From an uncultured virus (IMG/VR IMGVR_UViG_3300014350_000183) (Duplodnaviria > Heunggongvirae > Uroviricota > Caudoviricetes): DNA of 20,000 bases. Below, piece by piece: positions 15,669 to 20,000 of this stretch. The position numbers and the translations under genes are program-made. The notes below the pieces were generated by a model, which ran no database searches, was not told where the DNA came from, and saw nothing but the letters and a program-made list of their open reading frames with translations. Where the stretch lies: IMG/VR virus record IMGVR_UViG_3300014350_000183, one strand, 5' to 3'. The stretch's first letter is position 1, and each line of letters starts with the position of its first letter.

Positions 15669-16082
15669 ATGAAAAAATCGTTCCGTATCAATATCGAATC
15701 ACTGGCTTCACACATCGTCAATCCTCACCTGCGTCGTTCTGGCATTAAATCCACTGAATACACCGCCCATAAGGACGGGTCTTGCACCGTTGGGGCTAAC
15801 GAAGCGTTGAAAAACGCGATTCGGGCTACCACAGGGGTCGAAGTGCTGAAAGAAGGCGCTGAGACCATCACCTTCCGTTCCAACGCCATGGCGGATTACA
15901 CCTATCTGAACCCACCCCTCTACACTGAGGCGGAAAAGGCTCAAATGGAAGCCGAAAAATTGGCACGCAAAGCCAACCGTGTCAAACGCAATTCGCGTCT
16001 GGAATTGTTGGATGATGCCGACGGCGATGACAGCGATTACGAGGATTATGAGGAGGTGGACGCAGATTCGGATGATGAATAA
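15669..16082 (+). CDS. Hypothetical protein with basic helix and highly acidic C-terminal tail
   Basis: SD AGGAGG, 137 aa, tail DDADGDDSDYEDYEEVDADSDDE. Followed by hairpin GGCAGGTG/CACCTGCC. Confidence 0.85.
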   Translation: MKKSFRINIESLASHIVNPHLRRSGIKSTEYTAHKDGSCTVGANEALKNAIRATTGVEVLKEGAETITFRSNAMADYTYLNPPLYTEAEKAQMEAEKLARKANRVKRNSRLELLDDADGDDSDYEDYEEVDADSDDE

Positions 16083-16092
16083 CTGGTAAAGC

Positions 16093-16300
16093 GGGACGGC
16101 AGGTGTTACTGCACCTGCCCTTCCCTAACTGGTTAAACCAATCACCAGCATTATAGCGCGTTTGGGTGGTGAAAGCCACCTGAACGCTGACTATATGCCG
16201 TATGAATGTTGAATGAACGAAAACGCGGAGCGCATAGAGGCGTAACGGCTCGCTATGACCGCGCAGGCACGAAAGAAATTCAACCCCTATTACGCTACGT
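16093..16300 (+). ncRNA. Candidate structured RNA (three consecutive long hairpins)
   Basis: Hairpins at 16093-16125, 16148-16198 (12-bp core with G-U pairs and a U-GAAA-G loop) and 16224-16263. Confidence 0.35.
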
Positions 16301-16428
16301 GCTTTTAGACCCCTTCCAGCACCGACCAGCACCCTTTTTAACCGCCACCTACCCGTTTGAGATGTAATTATTACAATCAAATTACGAAACGCCAAACTAT
16401 ATGCGCCATATCAACAGACTCAAAAACC

Positions 16429-16457
16429 TTGCAATATCACTAAGTTAGTGATATAAT
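16429..16457 (+). promoter_or_regulatory. Strong promoter with overlapping perfect palindromic operator
   Basis: TTGCAA-N17-TATAAT with extended TG. The palindrome ATATCACTAA-G-TTAGTGATAT spans 16434-16454. Confidence 0.8.
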
Positions 16458-16498
16458 TCTATTACCTTTATTTCAAACTCCACAAGGAGGCAACACCC

Positions 16499-16558
16499 AT
16501 GCAACACCCTTTACCATCCCTTTTTAACCGCCCATACGGGCAAGGAGTAACCTCATGA
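16499..16558 (+). CDS. 19-aa leader ORF MQHPLPSLFNRPYGQGVTS
   Basis: AAGGAGG-N8-ATG. Its TGA overlaps the helicase ATG (ATGA). Confidence 0.5.
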   Translation: MQHPLPSLFNRPYGQGVTS

Positions 16559-19500
16559 GCCAATTCATTCCATCGCCCGAACAACAAGCCATCTTCGATG
16601 CTGTCCTCAAAACATCAGATAACATCGCCATCGCCGCGCTTGCTGGCACGGGCAAGACAACCAGTCTTGTCGAACTCTCTCGCCGTCTCCCAGCAGGCGG
16701 TTCTCGGATTTTCTGTGCCTTCAACAAAGACATCGTGAAGGAACTCGAATCCCGCCTCAATGGGACAGGGGTCACTACCCGCACTTTCCATTCCATCGGA
16801 CTTGGTGCATTGAAAAAGCATCTCAATGTCCAAGAACTCCCACCCCAAGCCGATAAATATGATGTCTTAGTGACTGAATGGGCAACCGATAATAATGAAT
16901 TTTCTGCTTTGCTAAACGAAGCAGTATCATCATATGAGTTCTACGAAGGGCGCGAGAAACTTCATAACCTGCATAAAGCAACTCTTGCAATGTTTGTTAA
17001 ATTGCTTAATTTTGTGCGCCTCAAATTGGTGGCATGGGACGACATCAATGCACTGGATGCCCTTGTTGCAGAAAACGCGCTGGATGCCGACATGGAATAT
17101 GACGGGCATAACGATGGCATCCTCGAACTGGTTTTATCAAGTGTTGACACGTTGATGAAAAAGGCAGAAGCCCAAACACGCAAACTTATCATTGACTACA
17201 CCGATATGATTTATTGGGCGGTCAAATGGAATGCACGCTTCTTTCAGTATCAATGGGTGTTGGTGGATGAATGCCAAGACTTATCACCCCTCCAACGCGA
17301 GATGATTGCCAAAATCGTCTCACCGCGTGGCGGGCGGATTGTCCTCGTTGGCGACCCCAACCAAGCGATTTACGCCTTTGCTGGTGCAGATAGCAATTCT
17401 TTCTCCCTCAGTGTAGAGCGTTGGAATTGCAAGGTGTTACCCCTCACCATGACTCGGCGTTGTGCCAGTATCATCACTCACCACGCATCATTGCTTGTGC
17501 CTTCATTCCGTTGCCCAGATGATAAAGCGCGGGGCAAAGTCGTCTGGCTACCCGAAGAAACACTGCACAAACATGCCTGTATCGGCGATATGGTCTTATC
17601 TCGCGTCAAAGCACCACTGGTCAAAGCCTGCCTCAGCCTGATTGCAGAAGGCATCCCCGCCACCATTCTCGGTGCAGACATCGGCAAGCAATTGGTGGCG
17701 ATGCTCGAAAAAATCACTAAACGCTCTAGCTATACCTTCCCGCGTTTATTGGAGGAAATCGTTGCCTATCGAAATGAGCAAGTTGATAGGGCAATGCAAA
17801 AAGGGGACGAAGCACGCGCAGAAGCCATTCGTGATACCGTCAATGCCTTAAAGTTTGTTGTTGAAGCCTATCCTAATGCTATAGACATCCAAGCAATAAG
17901 CCACAAAATTACCAGCTTATTTGCTGACAATAAACCAGCCGATTCTGTGGTGACTTTGGCAACCATCCACAAATCCAAAGGGCTTGAGGCAAACCGGGTA
18001 TTTGTCCTTGCTCCAGATAAAATCCCCCTGCGTGCCAAGAACATGACGGCTGAACAATCCCAACAAGAAATCAATTTGGATTATGTCTTACGTACTCGCG
18101 CCAAAAATGAAATAGTTTACATGACCAATGAAAAGTTTCTGGAATATGCGGTGATGCCCGATTATGTCCAAGAAGATTTTGAGGAATGGAACGCCGACAA
18201 ACCCGCTATCATCGAAGCGGATTCCGTCCCTGCCTATCCAGCCTTTGCCACCTATTTCCAAGAAATCATCAGCCTCATGGGGACAACCAATGTCCTGTAT
18301 GCCACCAACAACGGTGTGAAATTGTGTGTCTCGCGGATGGCACTCGGTATCACCGCATTGACCATCACCACCATATCGGCAGATGAGGAATCTACCCACA
18401 TTGCCGAAATGCCCGAAGCGATTGAACTCATGCAAGCCTTTGAACCCAACCTGAATCACTGGATGAGCATCTCTGTGGATGAATGGGAAGCCATCCGCAA
18501 CCCGGTATCGGTTGTGGATGCCGTGTTCAAACCCGATGGGATGTTCATCGAAGCCTTTTCCACACCTGATGATGTGCCTGTTACATTCACAGCCGAAATC
18601 ACGGAACTTATCCACGCATTGCCCCCCAATTCAGGCTTATTCGCTGTAGATGGCGATACCAAGATGTTTGTCGCGCCACACATCATGGAAAGAGGCAAAT
18701 ATTTTGTCGAAACCGTCAACGGCACATACACCCAAGAAGTTATGACACTTGATGAAGCCCTCGCCAAGATGGAAGCCTTCTCGCCAGTCGTCCCCACTTG
18801 GAACGAACTCACCTGTGACCATTGGATGCACGCCACATCCACACAAAAGACCGTCGCGGAACGCCGAGCTGAGAAACTCGCCGAAGCCAAAGCGGGGGAT
18901 ATTATCATCGCGCCCGTCACCGAGCCAGATGCACCACAACCCGAATCGGCAGGATTTACCGACACCGTTGTGCATCAAGCATTGGAACTACTTACCGCAA
19001 ATGAGGGCATGTATGCCACCGCTAATAGTATGAAAATGTTCGTTACCTCCCTCGAAAATCGTTATGTCGTGCGTACCATTTTCGTCAATGGCGACGATAA
19101 TAACCCTGTGGATACCATCCAAGAAGCACTCGCATTGATGTTTGAATTTCAACCCGACCACAAGCAATGGATAGTCCTTTCGTTGGATGAATGGTATGCC
19201 ATTAGTTCCCCTGTCGAACCACCGTTTATTTGTCGGCTAAAATCTCTCGAACATGAAGACGCCTTATTTGCCACATATAACCATGATACCACTCGTCACA
19301 TCAAGGGCGAATCAGTCATGGTCTGGTATGCCAGTCGCTTAGATGGTGAACAATATGAATGGTGGCATACTGATACGGATGGGAATATTCTCAATCCTGC
19401 TCCCGATTATTTATCCCGTTTAGCCGTGCTATTGAGTTTTGACCAAGTCGAACCCGATGTGGATAAATGGTTTGTCATTCCCAAAAATGCCTTTAAGTTT

Positions 19501-20000
19501 ATAGCCAGTATGCACAAATCGTTGAATTTGTCGCCAGAAGGCTACGGCTATTTTACGAATTTTGGCACTTCCAAAATGTTTGTCACCCCAAGCCCAACAC
19601 CAGAACTTATCGAACCAACAACCAGTAAGTTTTATTCGGTTGATGTTTTTGGGGATGGAGACACTGTAAGATATGGTGTTTGCCCTCTCATCCTTGCGCT
19701 GATTAGCATGGATTCGGCTAACTCTGATGTTAGCAAATGGGAACTCATTTCGGATGCTCAATGGATACATATGACCCAATCCGAAGAACCTACCCCTGTG
19801 GTAGAAGCCTCTGAGCCACCCCCATTCGCCAAGACCATGCACACCCGCCTCAATGACCTGACTCAAGACTACACCCCAGATACCGGGTTATTCGCCGACG
19901 GTGAGAAAACCACCATGTACATCACCACCGACATCGAAGATAACTTTGTCGTCTATGAGCGCGACTATGCCAATGAACCCGAAATGGCTTGGTCACGCGA
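16555..20000 (+). CDS. UvrD/Rep-like SF1 helicase with long C-terminal tandem-domain array, 3'-truncated (at least 1148 aa)
   Basis: Not in the ORF track. Frame 1 is open from ATG 16555 to the window end. Motifs SPEQQAI, ALAGTGKTT, AFNK, TFHS, VLVDECQD, VGDPNQAIYAFAGAD, TRRC, TIHKSKGLE and YVLRTRAK. The helicase core ends at about 18120. Confidence 0.93.
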   Translation, partial: MSQFIPSPEQQAIFDAVLKTSDNIAIAALAGTGKTTSLVELSRRLPAGGSRIFCAFNKDIVKELESRLNGTGVTTRTFHSIGLGALKKHLNVQELPPQADKYDVLVTEWATDNNEFSALLNEAVSSYEFYEGREKLHNLHKATLAMFVKLLNFVRLKLVAWDDINALDALVAENALDADMEYDGHNDGILELVLSSVDTLMKKAEAQTRKLIIDYTDMIYWAVKWNARFFQYQWVLVDECQDLSPLQREMIAKIVSPRGGRIVLVGDPNQAIYAFAGADSNSFSLSVERWNCKVLPLTMTRRCASIITHHASLLVPSFRCPDDKARGKVVWLPEETLHKHACIGDMVLSRVKAPLVKACLSLIAEGIPATILGADIGKQLVAMLEKITKRSSYTFPRLLEEIVAYRNEQVDRAMQKGDEARAEAIRDTVNALKFVVEAYPNAIDIQAISHKITSLFADNKPADSVVTLATIHKSKGLEANRVFVLAPDKIPLRAKNMTAEQSQQEINLDYVLRTRAKNEIVYMTNEKFLEYAVMPDYVQEDFEEWNADKPAIIEADSVPAYPAFATYFQEIISLMGTTNVLYATNNGVKLCVSRMALGITALTITTISADEESTHIAEMPEAIELMQAFEPNLNHWMSISVDEWEAIRNPVSVVDAVFKPDGMFIEAFSTPDDVPVTFTAEITELIHALPPNSGLFAVDGDTKMFVAPHIMERGKYFVETVNGTYTQEVMTLDEALAKMEAFSPVVPTWNELTCDHWMHATSTQKTVAERRAEKLAEAKAGDIIIAPVTEPDAPQPESAGFTDTVVHQALELLTANEGMYATANSMKMFVTSLENRYVVRTIFVNGDDNNPVDTIQEALALMFEFQPDHKQWIVLSLDEWYAISSPVEPPFICRLKSLEHEDALFATYNHDTTRHIKGESVMVWYASRLDGEQYEWWHTDTDGNILNPAPDYLSRLAVLLSFDQVEPDVDKWFVIPKNAFKFIASMHKSLNLSPEGYGYFTNFGTSKMFVTPSPTPELIEPTTSKFYSVDVFGDGDTVRYGVCPLILALISMDSANSDVSKWELISDAQWIHMTQSEEPTPVVEASEPPPFAKTMHTRLNDLTQDYTPDTGLFADGEKTTMYITTDIEDNFVVYERDYANEPEMAWSR

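Larger units (their letters stand above)
1..20000. mobile_element. Tailed bacteriophage/prophage segment (packaging and head module, accessory cassettes, start of an early/replication module)
   Basis: TerS-TerL-portal-MuF-protease-decoration-capsid synteny on the minus strand and a phage-type SF1 helicase on the plus strand. No host genes are seen and the boundaries lie outside the window. Confidence 0.95.

Noticed and set aside
16150..16300. Group II intron remnant (GGTGAAAG and GCCGTATG words)
   Set aside because: There is no complete domain V hairpin, GUGCG 5' end or RT ORF.

Overview
The whole window is tailed-phage or prophage DNA. No host housekeeping genes, integrase or att site are visible. 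A Chloroflexi/Anaerolineae-like host is a tentative inference from the Thr/Pro-rich SH3b protein and the GAAC-N4-GTTC-like boxes. From about 12.9 kb leftwards, a minus-strand packaging/head module reads: tRNA-like leader RNA > Dam-like adenine MTase-GNAT fusion > ParB-like protein > 56-aa ORF > TerS > TerL > portal (with an N-terminal wHTH-like extension) > hypothetical > GT2 glycosyltransferase > MuF/SPP1-gp7-like head protein > helical hypothetical > prohead protease/scaffold > DUF2190-like decoration protein > major capsid > GT4 glycosyltransferase (missed by the ORF track, runs off the left edge). To the right lie moron-like cassettes (DUF488, a small ORF, a membrane SH3b-Excalibur protein), a C-rich repeat and hairpin region, and an acidic-tailed ORF. 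The last gene, also missed by the track, is a UvrD-type helicase of at least 1148 aa carrying at least six tandem copies of an ~90-aa domain I do not recognise. The main highlights are the degenerate tRNA cloverleaf and ATT start ahead of the DNA-modification/packaging operon, LexA-box-like operators at structural-gene promoters, two glycosyltransferases inside the head module, the helicase repeat array, and strong GATC/GGCC avoidance.
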